From positions 1,184,001-1,248,000 of the forward strand of contig OZ250150.1 in NCBI GenBank assembly GCA_965237675.1: DNA of 64,000 nucleotides, given 5' to 3'. The translations under genes and the position numbers were made by a program. The notes under the pieces are model-generated. The model did not search any database, was not told the origin of the DNA, and saw only the letters and a list, made by a program, of their open reading frames with translations. Of this stretch, positions 29,456-39,182 are shown piece after piece (the first letter of the stretch is position 1; every line of letters starts with the position of its first letter). Source of the DNA: Candidatus Latescibacterota bacterium (lineage in GTDB: Bacteria; Latescibacterota; UBA2968; GCA-2709665).

Positions 29456-30499
29456 ATGTACGACGTGGTGACCTTTGGCGAGGCGATGATCCGGTTGTCG
29501 TCTCCGGGGTACCGCCGGATCGAGAATGCGGCCAGCCTCGATGTGGAGGTGGGTGGGGGCGAGTACAATGTGGCGGTAGCCTGCGCTCATTTGGGGCTGA
29601 ATACGGCGTGGGTATCCCGGCTGGTGGACAATTGGACGGGATGGGCCATTCGGAATAAGGGTCGGGAACACGGGGTGAACATGTCCAATATACACTGGGT
29701 GGATTTTGATGGCGTCGGTATCGAACGGAATGGATTTTATCATCTCGAGCACGGCGTCGGGCCGCGGGCCAGCGCGGTGACCTACGACCGGGCGCATACG
29801 GCGATTTCAAATATCGAGCCGGGCATGGTGGATTGGAAGTCTGTGTTTGATGGCGCGAAATGGTTCCACGTCAGCGGCATCACTCCAGCGCTTTCGGACG
29901 GTGCGGCGGAAACGACATTGGAAGCCCTCGGGGCCGCCCGCGAGGCGGGAGTAACGACGAGCTACGATTTGAACTTCCGGTCAAAACTGTGGCGTTCCGA
30001 GAAAGCCCAGGAAACCACCAGGAGGATTGTTCCGCTGGTAAGCGTGCTGATTGGCAACGAGGAGGATTTTGAGAAGGTGTTGGGGTTGAAGGCGGCGGGA
30101 TCGAAGGATGACTATAGTCGCCTGGATCCCGATAGCTACAAGGATGTGGCGCGGCGGGCGGTCGAACGGTATCCCAATGTGGACTACGTGGGCACAACCT
30201 TGCGGGTTGCAAAGACCGGATTGCTGAACGATTGGCGGACGCTGTTGTTCGACGGTGAAGCGTTTTACCTGTCCCGAATCTACGAGGATCTGGAAATGGT
30301 TGACCGCGTGGGCGGAGGCGATAGTTTCTCGGCCGGTTTGATCGCCGGATTGATCGAGGGGGCGGACCCCCAGGCCGCCGTAGATTTCGCCGGCGCGTAT
30401 TCAGCGCTTGCCCACACCTTCCTGGGCGACGTAAACTGGGCAACCCGGGCGGAGGCGGAATCCGCCATGCAGGGTGCGGCAGCCAGAATCAGGCGGTAG
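29456..30499 (+). CDS. kdgK: PfkB family sugar kinase, 2-keto-3-deoxygluconate kinase-like
   Basis: FGEAMIRL, GGGEYNVA, SGITPA, DLNFRSKLW and DRVGGGDSFSAG motifs; adjacent to eda. Confidence 0.8.
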   Translation: MYDVVTFGEAMIRLSSPGYRRIENAASLDVEVGGGEYNVAVACAHLGLNTAWVSRLVDNWTGWAIRNKGREHGVNMSNIHWVDFDGVGIERNGFYHLEHGVGPRASAVTYDRAHTAISNIEPGMVDWKSVFDGAKWFHVSGITPALSDGAAETTLEALGAAREAGVTTSYDLNFRSKLWRSEKAQETTRRIVPLVSVLIGNEEDFEKVLGLKAAGSKDDYSRLDPDSYKDVARRAVERYPNVDYVGTTLRVAKTGLLNDWRTLLFDGEAFYLSRIYEDLEMVDRVGGGDSFSAGLIAGLIEGADPQAAVDFAGAYSALAHTFLGDVNWATRAEAESAMQGAAARIRR

Positions 30500-30529
30500 G
30501 TCGATCGGACAGACAGAGGAGAGTATCCC

Positions 30530-31171
30530 ATGGCCGGTGTGCTGGACCGAATTATCGACTGTGGTGTGGTGGCGGTGCTGAGGGCGGATTCGCCCACGGA
30601 ACTGATGGATGTATCCAAGGCGTTGCGGGAAGGCGGCGTGGTTGCCATTGAAGTGACGATGACGGTGCCAGGGGCGCTCAAGGTCATTGAGGAGGCGTCG
30701 GCGAAAATGGAGGATACGATTGTGGGTGTCGGATCCGTCCTGGACCCGGAGACGGCGCGCGCGGCCATTCTGGCCGGCGCGGAGTACGTGGTGGGGCCGA
30801 CGTTGAACCTGGACGTAATCACCATGGCCAAACGCTACGGAAAGGTCGTGATGCCCGCGGGGTTCACGCCCACGGAGATTCTTGCCGCATGGCAGGCCGG
30901 GGCCGATGTGGTGAAGGTGTTCCCGGCGGGTGTCGGCGGCCCTTCTTATTTTAAAGATGTGAAAGGGCCGCTTCCCCAGGTTCGGTTGATGCCGACGGGC
31001 GGTGTCGACGCCGGGACGACCCCGGAGTTTATCAAGGCCGGGGCGTGCGCCGTGGGGGCCGGCAGCGCGATGGTGGATAAACGCGCTGTGGCAGACAGGG
31101 ATTGGGCCGCGTTGACTGCGACCGCCCGGGCGTTTGTGGACGCCGTGAAAAAGGCGCGGGCAGAGATGTGA
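30530..31171 (+). CDS. eda: KDPG/KHG aldolase
   Basis: VVAVLR, IEVT, TPTEI, VKVFPA, GPLP and MPTGGV motifs. Confidence 0.92.
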   Translation: MAGVLDRIIDCGVVAVLRADSPTELMDVSKALREGGVVAIEVTMTVPGALKVIEEASAKMEDTIVGVGSVLDPETARAAILAGAEYVVGPTLNLDVITMAKRYGKVVMPAGFTPTEILAAWQAGADVVKVFPAGVGGPSYFKDVKGPLPQVRLMPTGGVDAGTTPEFIKAGACAVGAGSAMVDKRAVADRDWAALTATARAFVDAVKKARAEM

Positions 31172-32106
31172 CTGCACTGACAGTTGGCGTCGACCTGGGC
31201 GGAACCAACACCCGCGCGGGTTTGGTGACGGACACGGGCCATATCGTGGCGAGGTTCCGATGCCCAACCCGGCCCGACCTGGGCAGTGATCGCGTGATTG
31301 CAGGAATCGAGAGGTGCGTCCGTCAGGTGCTACGGGAAGCGGGCGGCCGGGAAGTGCGCGGCGTGGGCGTGGGGGCCCCGGGTCCGCTGGATCCGTTTAA
31401 CGGGGTCATCATTTCTCCCGAGAACTTGCCGTGTATGCACGGCGTGCATCTGAAAGATCGGCTGGTGGCGGCGCTCGAGATGCCGGTGGTCGTGGACAAC
31501 GATGCAAATCTCGCGGCTTTTGGCGAACAGTGGCAGGGCGCCGGCAGGAGGGCGCCTCATTTTTTGTGTGTGACGCTGGGCACCGGAGTGGGCGGCGGCT
31601 GGGTGTGCAACGGCGAATTGATGCACGGGTTCAACGGCAATGCGGCCGAGGTCGGCCATATTACGATTAATTGGAACGGACCCCGTTGCCCATGCGGGAA
31701 TTACGGTTGCCTGGAACTCTATGTTTCCGCCACAGCGATGGTCGGTCGGACCCGCGAGCGACTGGAAACGGAAACACCCGAGACCGTGCTGGTTGCCGAC
31801 GGACTGACAACACAGGCGATATTCGAGGCAGCCGAGGCAGGTGATGGTTTTGCCCGCGCCATGTTTGAAGAGACAGGAACGCTGCTTGGAATTGGTCTCG
31901 TGAGTCTCGTGAGTGTGACGAACGTGGAGGTGGTGGCGCTGTGCGGTGGACTCGCGCGCGCCGGAGAACAGTTATTTGAGCCGGTAAGAAGGACCTTTCA
32001 CGAGCGCGGTACGGTCGGCGTGAAAGAGCGGGTGAAAATCGTTGCGGGTATGCTGGGAGACGACGCGGGGATTCTGGGTGCGGCAAGATTGGCGAGTGGA
32101 GCATGA
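31168..32106 (+). CDS. ROK family sugar kinase (glucokinase-like)
   Basis: DLGGT, DNDAN, TLGTGVGGG and EVGH..CPCGNYGCLE motifs; GTGA overlap with eda. Confidence 0.9.
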   Translation: MTALTVGVDLGGTNTRAGLVTDTGHIVARFRCPTRPDLGSDRVIAGIERCVRQVLREAGGREVRGVGVGAPGPLDPFNGVIISPENLPCMHGVHLKDRLVAALEMPVVVDNDANLAAFGEQWQGAGRRAPHFLCVTLGTGVGGGWVCNGELMHGFNGNAAEVGHITINWNGPRCPCGNYGCLELYVSATAMVGRTRERLETETPETVLVADGLTTQAIFEAAEAGDGFARAMFEETGTLLGIGLVSLVSVTNVEVVALCGGLARAGEQLFEPVRRTFHERGTVGVKERVKIVAGMLGDDAGILGAARLASGA

Positions 32107-32109
32107 ATC

Positions 32110-32607
32110 GTGAGGTGCAAGGCCTTGTACCGGCGACTTGCGAATCCGGGTTACGGAGGTCCTGCCGCAAAGATTCTGGCGTTCGCGGCAGGAATGGTGC
32201 TTTTCGCGTGCGGCGTTCCGGCTGCCGCCGAAGGTCCGGATTCGACGGCCGTGGACAGTGTCCGCGAGGCCCGGCCCGCGCGGGGGGCCTTGTTGCGGTC
32301 GCTTGCGCTGCCGGGATGGGGGCAGTTTTATAACCGCCGTCCTATAAAAGGAAGCTTGATCGCCGCCGCGCAGGTGAGTTCCACGGTGGCGTTTTTTGTT
32401 CGCCGAGGACAATTGAACCGGCGCCCGCCGGTCGATGGATTCTCGGAACGAAATATCTTTCTGTATACCACGATTGGCCTTATCCTATTCAGTATGGGCG
32501 ACGCGTATGTGGATGCGCATCTGGATCAGGTGGACTGGGGAGCGGCTCAATTCCGACCCGGCGAGGAAGGCCTGGAATTTCGTATGCGGTTCCGCGTCAG
32601 ATTCTGA
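32110..32607 (+). CDS. DUF5683-like membrane protein
   Basis: ALLRSLALPGWGQFYN and DAYVDAHL motifs; signal peptide. Confidence 0.75.
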   Translation: MRCKALYRRLANPGYGGPAAKILAFAAGMVLFACGVPAAAEGPDSTAVDSVREARPARGALLRSLALPGWGQFYNRRPIKGSLIAAAQVSSTVAFFVRRGQLNRRPPVDGFSERNIFLYTTIGLILFSMGDAYVDAHLDQVDWGAAQFRPGEEGLEFRMRFRVRF

Positions 32608-32646
32608 GCGGTCCGACAGAATCTTTGTAGCCACGGAGACCGGATA

Positions 32647-33765
32647 ATGGACACCGGGTTTCCCCTTACGCGAATTGTTCGCGGCTTGCCCGCATCGGTG
32701 CCGTTCGTGGGGCCCGAAGCACTGGAGCGTCGACGCGGAGAGGCTTTCAGAGTGCGGTTGGGGGCAAACGAAAGCGCTTTCGGGATTTCGCCGCTGGCGC
32801 GTGAGGCCATGTTTCGGGCGGTTGAGCGGGTGAGTTGGTACAACGACCCTGAAAATTATGAAATCCGTGCCGCAATTGCCGGATTCCACGGGGTTCCGTT
32901 TGAAAACGTCAGCGTAGGCAGCGGAATCGACGACCTGCTGGGACTTGTCGTGCGGGTTTTTGTAGAGCCAGGCGAGACGGTCGTGACATCCCTCGGGGCT
33001 TATCCGACGTTCAACTACCACGTGAACGGGTTTGGTGGCCTCTTGCATTTCGTGCCTTACCGGGATGACAGAAATGACCTCGAGGGACTGGCCGGGGCTG
33101 CCACGGAGACCGAAGCCCGGTTGGTATACCTGTCCAATCCGGACAACCCGGCGGGCACCTGGCATACATCGGCGAATATCAGAACATTTGAAAAAACACT
33201 TCCGGAGCGGTGTCTGTTGATTCTGGACGAAGCGTATTCGGAATTTTCGACTCGCGACGCACCACCGCCAACGGCTCCGATCCAGCCACGGGTCATTCGC
33301 ATGCGGACGTTTTCCAAGGCGCACGGGATGGCAGGGGCGCGGATCGGATATGCGATCGCGGATGCGGCCATTGTGGAAGCCATTGAAAAGGTGCGGCACC
33401 ACTATGGTGTGAATCGCGTCGCACAGGCTGGTGCGCTGGCCTCGCTTCAAGATACTGACTTCGTGGCGAACGTGGTGAATTCGGTTGTGGCAGGACGGAG
33501 CGACTATGCGCGGCTCGGGGAGAGCCTCGGTCTGCCCACGTTGCCTTCGGCCACGAATTTTGTGGCGTTCGACGCGGGAACTGCGAAACGTGCGAATACG
33601 ATACTCGAGACACTGCAAAGGCAAGGCGCATTCGTGCGCAAACCGGGTTCGCCGCCCCTGGACAGGTGTTTCAGGGTAACGGTGGGTACACCGGGGGAGC
33701 GGATGTTGTTTGCCGAAATATTGACGTCAGTCCTGGATGAACTGTCGCAGAAGCGAACCTTGTGA
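32647..33765 (+). CDS. PLP aminotransferase class I/II (HisC-like)
   Basis: LGANE, NPDNPAG, DEAY and RTFSKAHGMAGARIG motifs. Confidence 0.9.
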   Translation: MDTGFPLTRIVRGLPASVPFVGPEALERRRGEAFRVRLGANESAFGISPLAREAMFRAVERVSWYNDPENYEIRAAIAGFHGVPFENVSVGSGIDDLLGLVVRVFVEPGETVVTSLGAYPTFNYHVNGFGGLLHFVPYRDDRNDLEGLAGAATETEARLVYLSNPDNPAGTWHTSANIRTFEKTLPERCLLILDEAYSEFSTRDAPPPTAPIQPRVIRMRTFSKAHGMAGARIGYAIADAAIVEAIEKVRHHYGVNRVAQAGALASLQDTDFVANVVNSVVAGRSDYARLGESLGLPTLPSATNFVAFDAGTAKRANTILETLQRQGAFVRKPGSPPLDRCFRVTVGTPGERMLFAEILTSVLDELSQKRTL

Positions 33766-33876
33766 TCTGCTGTCGATCCGGAGCACCCTCCTAACTCGGC
33801 CACTGCGCCTTGTGGCGCCGAAGCGTGTCCGGAAAAACACGTGGAACAACAAATGAAATACGGAAACGGTTACCTC

Positions 33877-33989
33877 GTGTTCTGTCCCGGAAATAGATTG
33901 CCGTAATTCGACCGGCGAGTCGCCCGGCTCGCAAGGCGCTCACGCACGCAGACAGGGACGAATGGTGACCTATTTCCGGGACAGAACAC
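33877..33989. mobile_element. 113-bp MITE-like element with perfect 20-bp terminal inverted repeats
   Basis: gtgttctgtcccggaaatag(33877-33896) and ctatttccgggacagaacac(33970-33989); interior matches 3651-3861. Confidence 0.8.
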
Positions 33990-34006
33990 CAGCTGCGGAG
34001 GGAGAA

Positions 34007-34786
34007 ATGGAAGTGCCAGGAACGCTGGAACTCTTTCGGATGGATGGTCGTGCGGCCCTGATTACCGGAGGATCGAAGGGCCTGGGAAGGGAAATGGCGC
34101 TGGCGCTGGCCGAGGCGGGCGCCGCCACGGTCGTCTGTTCGAGAAACGGTGCGGACTGCGAATCGGTTGCGGCAGAGATCGCTGAACAGACGGGACGGGA
34201 AAGCCTGGGTCTGGCCGTCGACGTGACGGTGGACGAGGATGTGGACCGGATGATTCAAGCGGTCAAGGATCGGTTTGGGCGACTGGACGTCCTGATCAAT
34301 TGCGCGGGCATCAACATCCGGCATCCCATAGACCGTTTTCCGGTCGAGGAATTCAAGCAGGTTATCGATACCAATCTGACCGGATCCTGGCTCTGCTGCA
34401 GGGCCGCGGGACCGATAATGACGTCTCAGAAGAGCGGATCGGTGATTAACGTGGGATCGACGCTGAGCGCCGTTGGCCTGGCCGAACGCTCGGCATATTG
34501 TTCGTCCAAGGCCGGGATCGCCGGGTTGACCCGGGCGCTCGCGTTGGAGTGGGCGCCGTTCGGGGTACGGTGCAACGCGCTTTGTCCGGGGCCCTTTCTG
34601 ACGGAGATCAATAGGCCGCTCCTGAAGACACCCGACAAGGTGAGGAGTCTGCTCATCCAGACGGCGTTCGACCGCTGGGGTGAGATGCACGAAATCCGCG
34701 GTGCGGCGTTGTTTCTCGCCAGCGACGCTTCGACCTATGTGACGGGAACATCGTTGTTTGTAGATGGCGGATGGACGGCTCGCTGA
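34007..34786 (+). CDS. SDR oxidoreductase (gluconate 5-dehydrogenase/KduD-like)
   Basis: TGGSKGLG, INCAG, YCSSK and VDGG motifs. Confidence 0.9.
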   Translation: MEVPGTLELFRMDGRAALITGGSKGLGREMALALAEAGAATVVCSRNGADCESVAAEIAEQTGRESLGLAVDVTVDEDVDRMIQAVKDRFGRLDVLINCAGINIRHPIDRFPVEEFKQVIDTNLTGSWLCCRAAGPIMTSQKSGSVINVGSTLSAVGLAERSAYCSSKAGIAGLTRALALEWAPFGVRCNALCPGPFLTEINRPLLKTPDKVRSLLIQTAFDRWGEMHEIRGAALFLASDASTYVTGTSLFVDGGWTAR

Positions 34787-34854
34787 AACGGGCGTCCGAA
34801 ATCCGGGTTCGGAATCGGTGTATTTCAACAGGCGGATGGAGGATCGGAGAGCCA

Positions 34855-35976
34855 ATGGCATTTTTTCCTGCGAATTTTTCACGATGGGCGGTCGGGCTGG
34901 TTTTGGGAAGCGTGATTCTGGTGGGCGTCCCGAATGCCGGGCAGGGGCCGCCGTTCTACGAGGATAAGATGAATATGCTGGTTTACGTGGAAGCAGAGGG
35001 CAAGGAGCGGGCGATATCGAACGCGGAAGACTGGAAGAATCGACGTGCGCATATTCTGGCGAATATGGAAAAGGTGATGGGACCCCTTCCCGACCGTTCC
35101 AGCCTGCCTGCACTGGACATGGAGGTGGTGGGTACCGAGGACCTGGGCGACGTGATAAGGAAGAAGGTCACGTTTGTGTCGGAACCGGGGGATCGCGTGC
35201 CGGCGTACCTGCTGGTCCCGAAGGGCTTGAATGGAAGGACGCCGGCAATGTTGTGCCTGCATCAGACAACCAAGATCGGCAAGGGAGAACCCGCGGGTGT
35301 GGGTGGGAACCCCGATCTGCACTATGCGCTGGAACTCGCCAGGAGAGGGTATGTAACGCTGGCGCCGGACTATGTGAATTTTGGAGAGTACGAATTCGAC
35401 CCCTATCAAAATGGTTATTCCAGCGCCACGATGAAGGGGATCTGGAACCATATGCGGGCCGTCGACCTGCTTCAGTCGCTTCCTCAGGTGGATGCACGGC
35501 GGGTCGGGTGCATCGGCCATTCGCTGGGCGGACACAATTCCATGTTTCTGTCCGCGTTCGATCCGCGGTTGAAGGTCGTGGCGTCCAGTTGCGGATTTAA
35601 TTCGTTCTTCAAATATTACAAGGGCGACCTGACGGGCTGGAGCCATCGGGGGTATATGCCGCTGATCTCCGAGCGGTACGGCAAAGATCCGAAGCAGATG
35701 CCGTTCGACTTTACCGAGGTGGTTTCCGCGCTTGCGCCGCGGGGGTTTTTCATCAACGCGCCCACGCGAGACGGTAACTTTGAAGTGTCGGGTGTGGAAG
35801 ATTGTGTGCGGGCGGCAGCGCCAGTTTACGCATTGCTGGGCGCCCCCACCCGCCTGTTGGCGGTACACCCGGATGCGGGGCACAGTTTTCCGCCGCACAT
35901 CCGGGAACAGGCATATGCGTTTGTCGACGAAATATTGAAGGCCGGTGATCAGCGGTCGGGGACCCGAGATCACTAG
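34855..35976 (+). CDS. Secreted alpha/beta hydrolase (dienelactone hydrolase/acetylxylan esterase-like)
   Basis: Signal peptide; LCLHQT, GHSLGG, ALAPR and GHSF motifs. Confidence 0.85.
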   Translation: MAFFPANFSRWAVGLVLGSVILVGVPNAGQGPPFYEDKMNMLVYVEAEGKERAISNAEDWKNRRAHILANMEKVMGPLPDRSSLPALDMEVVGTEDLGDVIRKKVTFVSEPGDRVPAYLLVPKGLNGRTPAMLCLHQTTKIGKGEPAGVGGNPDLHYALELARRGYVTLAPDYVNFGEYEFDPYQNGYSSATMKGIWNHMRAVDLLQSLPQVDARRVGCIGHSLGGHNSMFLSAFDPRLKVVASSCGFNSFFKYYKGDLTGWSHRGYMPLISERYGKDPKQMPFDFTEVVSALAPRGFFINAPTRDGNFEVSGVEDCVRAAAPVYALLGAPTRLLAVHPDAGHSFPPHIREQAYAFVDEILKAGDQRSGTRDH

Positions 35977-36022
35977 GAACGAACCTGATGGTCCCCGGAG
36001 CGTTAACCGCAGGAGAGGAAAA

Positions 36023-37357
36023 ATGGCCGATCTGAAGCTGGAAAGGATTGAACCCTGGGCGCCGCATCCTTCTGCCGCGCCGTTGACGGAGCGGGGCGGG
36101 AAGACGTTTGCGGCGGCGGCCAATGGGACACGGACGTGCGTGGGTGGGTGGCAGGCGGTATTCTCAGGGGTCGAACCGGGACAGACGCTCCGGGCGGTCT
36201 GGGAGGTGGATTACAGGGTGCTTGAACACCCCAGGGACGCACTGCGTTGCAAATCCTATTGGGGAGAGATGCCGGCGGACGACGCGACGGTGCGTACAGG
36301 TGAAATTCGGGGATGGGACTATCTGCTGCCGGAGCGCGCCGGAACCCAGACAATCCGGTTTTCACGGACGTTGACCGCGCCCGAAGGGACCAGCCGGTTG
36401 ACGTTGCGCTGCACGTTCCGGTGGGCAACCGCGGGTGAGTCGGAGTGGCACCTGCCCGAGGTAAAGGTCGTCGAGGCGCCGGAGATACCCACGGCGGTGA
36501 AGGTGGCCGTGGTAACCGGCAGGGCGGGATCGAGGAAGGGGCCTTTTGCCTCGGTTGCCGAGAACATCGACTATTATCTGCCCCTGTGCGAAGCAGCGTG
36601 CAAAACGGGGCCGGATCTGATCGTATTGCCGGAAATTGCCCTTCAATGGGGGATTACTGGAAGCCCCATCGATCTGGCGGTGCCGCTGCCCGGCCCGGAA
36701 ACGGAACCGTTTGCGGATCTGGCCCGCCAACACGGTCTCTACCTGCTGCTGGGCCTGATCGAGCGGGATGGCGACGCGGTTCACAATACGGCGGCGCTGA
36801 TCGCGCCGGACGGCGCGGTGGAAGGCCGGTATCGAAAGGTGCATTTGGCCGTGGGAGGCGAGAGCGAATCCGGAATTTTTCCCGGAGACGGGTTTCCGAT
36901 GTTCGATACCGTGATCGGACGAATTGGATGCAATATCTGCATGGACAGTTCGGCCGCGGAATCCTCACGGATGGTGGGGTTGAGCGGGGCGGACTTCCTC
37001 CTCCTGCCAATCATGGGCGATCACCGCGCCAGCAGGTGGAGTCCCGGATCACCGATCTTCAGCGAGGACCGTTGGAAGGCCATCATGCGTACTCGAGCGA
37101 TGGACAATCAGGTGTGCATGGTGGTTGCACGGAATACAACGCAGGGTAGCTGTGTCGTGGATAGAAAGGGCGACATCCTGGCGTGGAACGAGGGAGACCG
37201 CGACCATATTCTGGCAACGGTGGACCTGGCGGACGGGTATCGAACCTGGAACGGGGGGTGCTTCCGGGAGGTGAACTGGATGCAGCGCCGGCCGCATCTT
37301 TATGAAGCGTACAGCGACGAGTCAAACCGGGGGTCGTTGACAACCGCGGCATATTAG
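36023..37357 (+). CDS. Carbon-nitrogen hydrolase (nitrilase family) with extra N-terminal beta domain
   Basis: LPE, YRKVH and ICMD catalytic triad motifs; ~160-aa N-terminal extension. Confidence 0.85.
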   Translation: MADLKLERIEPWAPHPSAAPLTERGGKTFAAAANGTRTCVGGWQAVFSGVEPGQTLRAVWEVDYRVLEHPRDALRCKSYWGEMPADDATVRTGEIRGWDYLLPERAGTQTIRFSRTLTAPEGTSRLTLRCTFRWATAGESEWHLPEVKVVEAPEIPTAVKVAVVTGRAGSRKGPFASVAENIDYYLPLCEAACKTGPDLIVLPEIALQWGITGSPIDLAVPLPGPETEPFADLARQHGLYLLLGLIERDGDAVHNTAALIAPDGAVEGRYRKVHLAVGGESESGIFPGDGFPMFDTVIGRIGCNICMDSSAAESSRMVGLSGADFLLLPIMGDHRASRWSPGSPIFSEDRWKAIMRTRAMDNQVCMVVARNTTQGSCVVDRKGDILAWNEGDRDHILATVDLADGYRTWNGGCFREVNWMQRRPHLYEAYSDESNRGSLTTAAY

Positions 37358-37437
37358 GTCGTCACCCCCTGTTTCCCTTCTTCCCAATGAGGAATGGGAC
37401 AAGCACCCGTAGAGCCCGGCGGAAGATCCGCCGGGCT

Positions 37438-38223
37438 CTACGGGTGTGGGGCCGGTTCTCTATGTTTGAACAGCAGGATACCCGCGGCAACGGCGATGTT
37501 GAGGGAGTTCGTGCCTTCGGCCATGGGAATCGAGACGGATTGGTGGACGCGTTTCTGGAGTTCCGGGTCAACGCCGAAGGTTTCATTGCCGAACAGAAGG
37601 GCGATACGGCCTTTCTGTCTGATTTCGTAGAATGGCGTACCCCGGAGTTGTGTGGAGAAAATGCGGACACCCCGCTGCCGCAGGTCCCGGATCAGCGTGG
37701 AGAGATCTTCGTTCCGAAAGACGGGAAAACGAAATATGGCCCCGCGAGAGGCGCGAACAACTTTCGAATTGTAGAGTTCGACGGATTCGGGAGACAGGAA
37801 AATGGCGCTCGCTCCGGCGGCTTCGGCGGTGCGGATAACCAGGCCGAGGTTGTTGGGGTCGCGCAGCCGGTCGAAGAGAAGGAGTGGGCCGCCCGCGTCC
37901 AGGGCCCCATCCCGGTTTCGCGCCAGGAATCGTACCACGCCCAGCACGCCTTCGGGATTCTGATGTTCGCCCATATTTTTGATCGCGCGACGGTCTGTTT
38001 GTTGGACGATAATCTTCCGGCGTGTCGCCTCGCGGTGGAACTGCTGCAGGCGTCTGTCGACCTTGAGGGTGTCCCGGTCGAAGATCAGTTGCTCGAACGG
38101 CGCGTCTGACGTGAGTGCTTCTTCGACAAGGCGAATGCCTTCGATCACGAATTGACGTTCGCTTTCTCGCGCCTTGCGATGCCTGATAAGCGAAAGGATT
38201 CTGCGGGCGTTTTTTATGGCCAT
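37438..38223 (-). CDS. TrmH/SpoU family RNA methyltransferase
   Basis: FVIEG, DPNNLGLVIRTA, FGNE and SLNIAVA motifs. Confidence 0.92.
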   Translation of the reverse strand: MAIKNARRILSLIRHRKARESERQFVIEGIRLVEEALTSDAPFEQLIFDRDTLKVDRRLQQFHREATRRKIIVQQTDRRAIKNMGEHQNPEGVLGVVRFLARNRDGALDAGGPLLLFDRLRDPNNLGLVIRTAEAAGASAIFLSPESVELYNSKVVRASRGAIFRFPVFRNEDLSTLIRDLRQRGVRIFSTQLRGTPFYEIRQKGRIALLFGNETFGVDPELQKRVHQSVSIPMAEGTNSLNIAVAAGILLFKHREPAPHP

Positions 38224-38269
38224 AGGAAATCTGCGGCGGCGGACAGCGGCCTTCCGGCCGGCGTGCCGT

Positions 38270-38440
38270 CTATTGATGTTCGCCTGAGTCGGTTTCGGTT
38301 TCGCCGCTGCCGATGGATTCACGTAGATCCCGGAGTTCGTTCCATATCTCACGTTCACGGCGGCCGAGGCCCAGGAAATAGATGAGTATCGCCGCCCATA
38401 TTATGCCGTAGGCAGCAGCCATGTATCCGAGGTGTTGCAT
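38270..38440 (-). CDS. ccmD: CcmD-like small membrane protein (56 aa, below the ORF-track cutoff)
   Basis: MQHLGYMAAAYGIIWAAILIYFLGLGRREREIWNELRDL; GGAGG RBS; directly after ccmC. Confidence 0.75.
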   Translation of the reverse strand: MQHLGYMAAAYGIIWAAILIYFLGLGRREREIWNELRDLRESIGSGETETDSGEHQ

Positions 38441-38467
38441 GGGGGTCCTCCGGAAGTTCGAGACAGG

Positions 38468-39181
38468 TCAGCCCGAGATACGCTCCACCGGCGTTGCCGT
38501 AACGCGGATCCTTGCCTTCAGCGATTCGAGTTCGTCGCGGGCAAGCTCGAGGGAGACACGTTTGACCAGAATGGCGCCGAAGAGCAGAATGAACACGGCA
38601 GCGCAGAAGACGAATGCGACCAGCATGTCGGGCGGGAGTCCGATTTTTTCGGCCCGTACAACCTCGGGATGCTGGGTGCGCCACAACCGTGTGGAATAAT
38701 GGATGAGTGGGGCATCGAGAAAGCCGATGATACCCAGTACAGCCCTGAATCTGGCGCTTTGCAGGGGGTCGTCACTGTAGCTCTTCAGCATCATATAGGC
38801 GACGAATATTAGCCAGAGGACCAGAGTGAGGGTCAACTGGGCGTCCCACACCCACCAGGCGCCCCAGACGGGTTTTGCCCAAATGGGGCCGGTGAGAAGC
38901 ACGAGTGTGCAGAAGAGAAGGCCGACTTCGGCGGCGCACGCAGCCCATGTATCCCATCGTTTTTCCTTGCGAACGAGGTACAGGATGCTGAAGACGAAGA
39001 CGAGGAAAAAGGCGGCATACATCGCGAAGGCCGAGGGCACGTGAAAGTAGAAAATTTTCTGGGCGAGACCCATTTGTCTTTCCACGCGCGCGTGGACGAG
39101 GGCAAGGTAGGGCGCAATCAGCATGCCGATCAGCGCCAGGATGCCGAAGATCCGGGACCACAGGTATAGGCGTTTCCCCAT
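38468..39181 (-). CDS. ccmC: Heme exporter/chaperone CcmC
   Basis: IFYFHVP, WWD motif TGPIWAKPVWGAWWVWD, WRTQHP. Confidence 0.93.
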   Translation of the reverse strand: MGKRLYLWSRIFGILALIGMLIAPYLALVHARVERQMGLAQKIFYFHVPSAFAMYAAFFLVFVFSILYLVRKEKRWDTWAACAAEVGLLFCTLVLLTGPIWAKPVWGAWWVWDAQLTLTLVLWLIFVAYMMLKSYSDDPLQSARFRAVLGIIGFLDAPLIHYSTRLWRTQHPEVVRAEKIGLPPDMLVAFVFCAAVFILLFGAILVKRVSLELARDELESLKARIRVTATPVERISG

Positions 39182-39182
39182 G

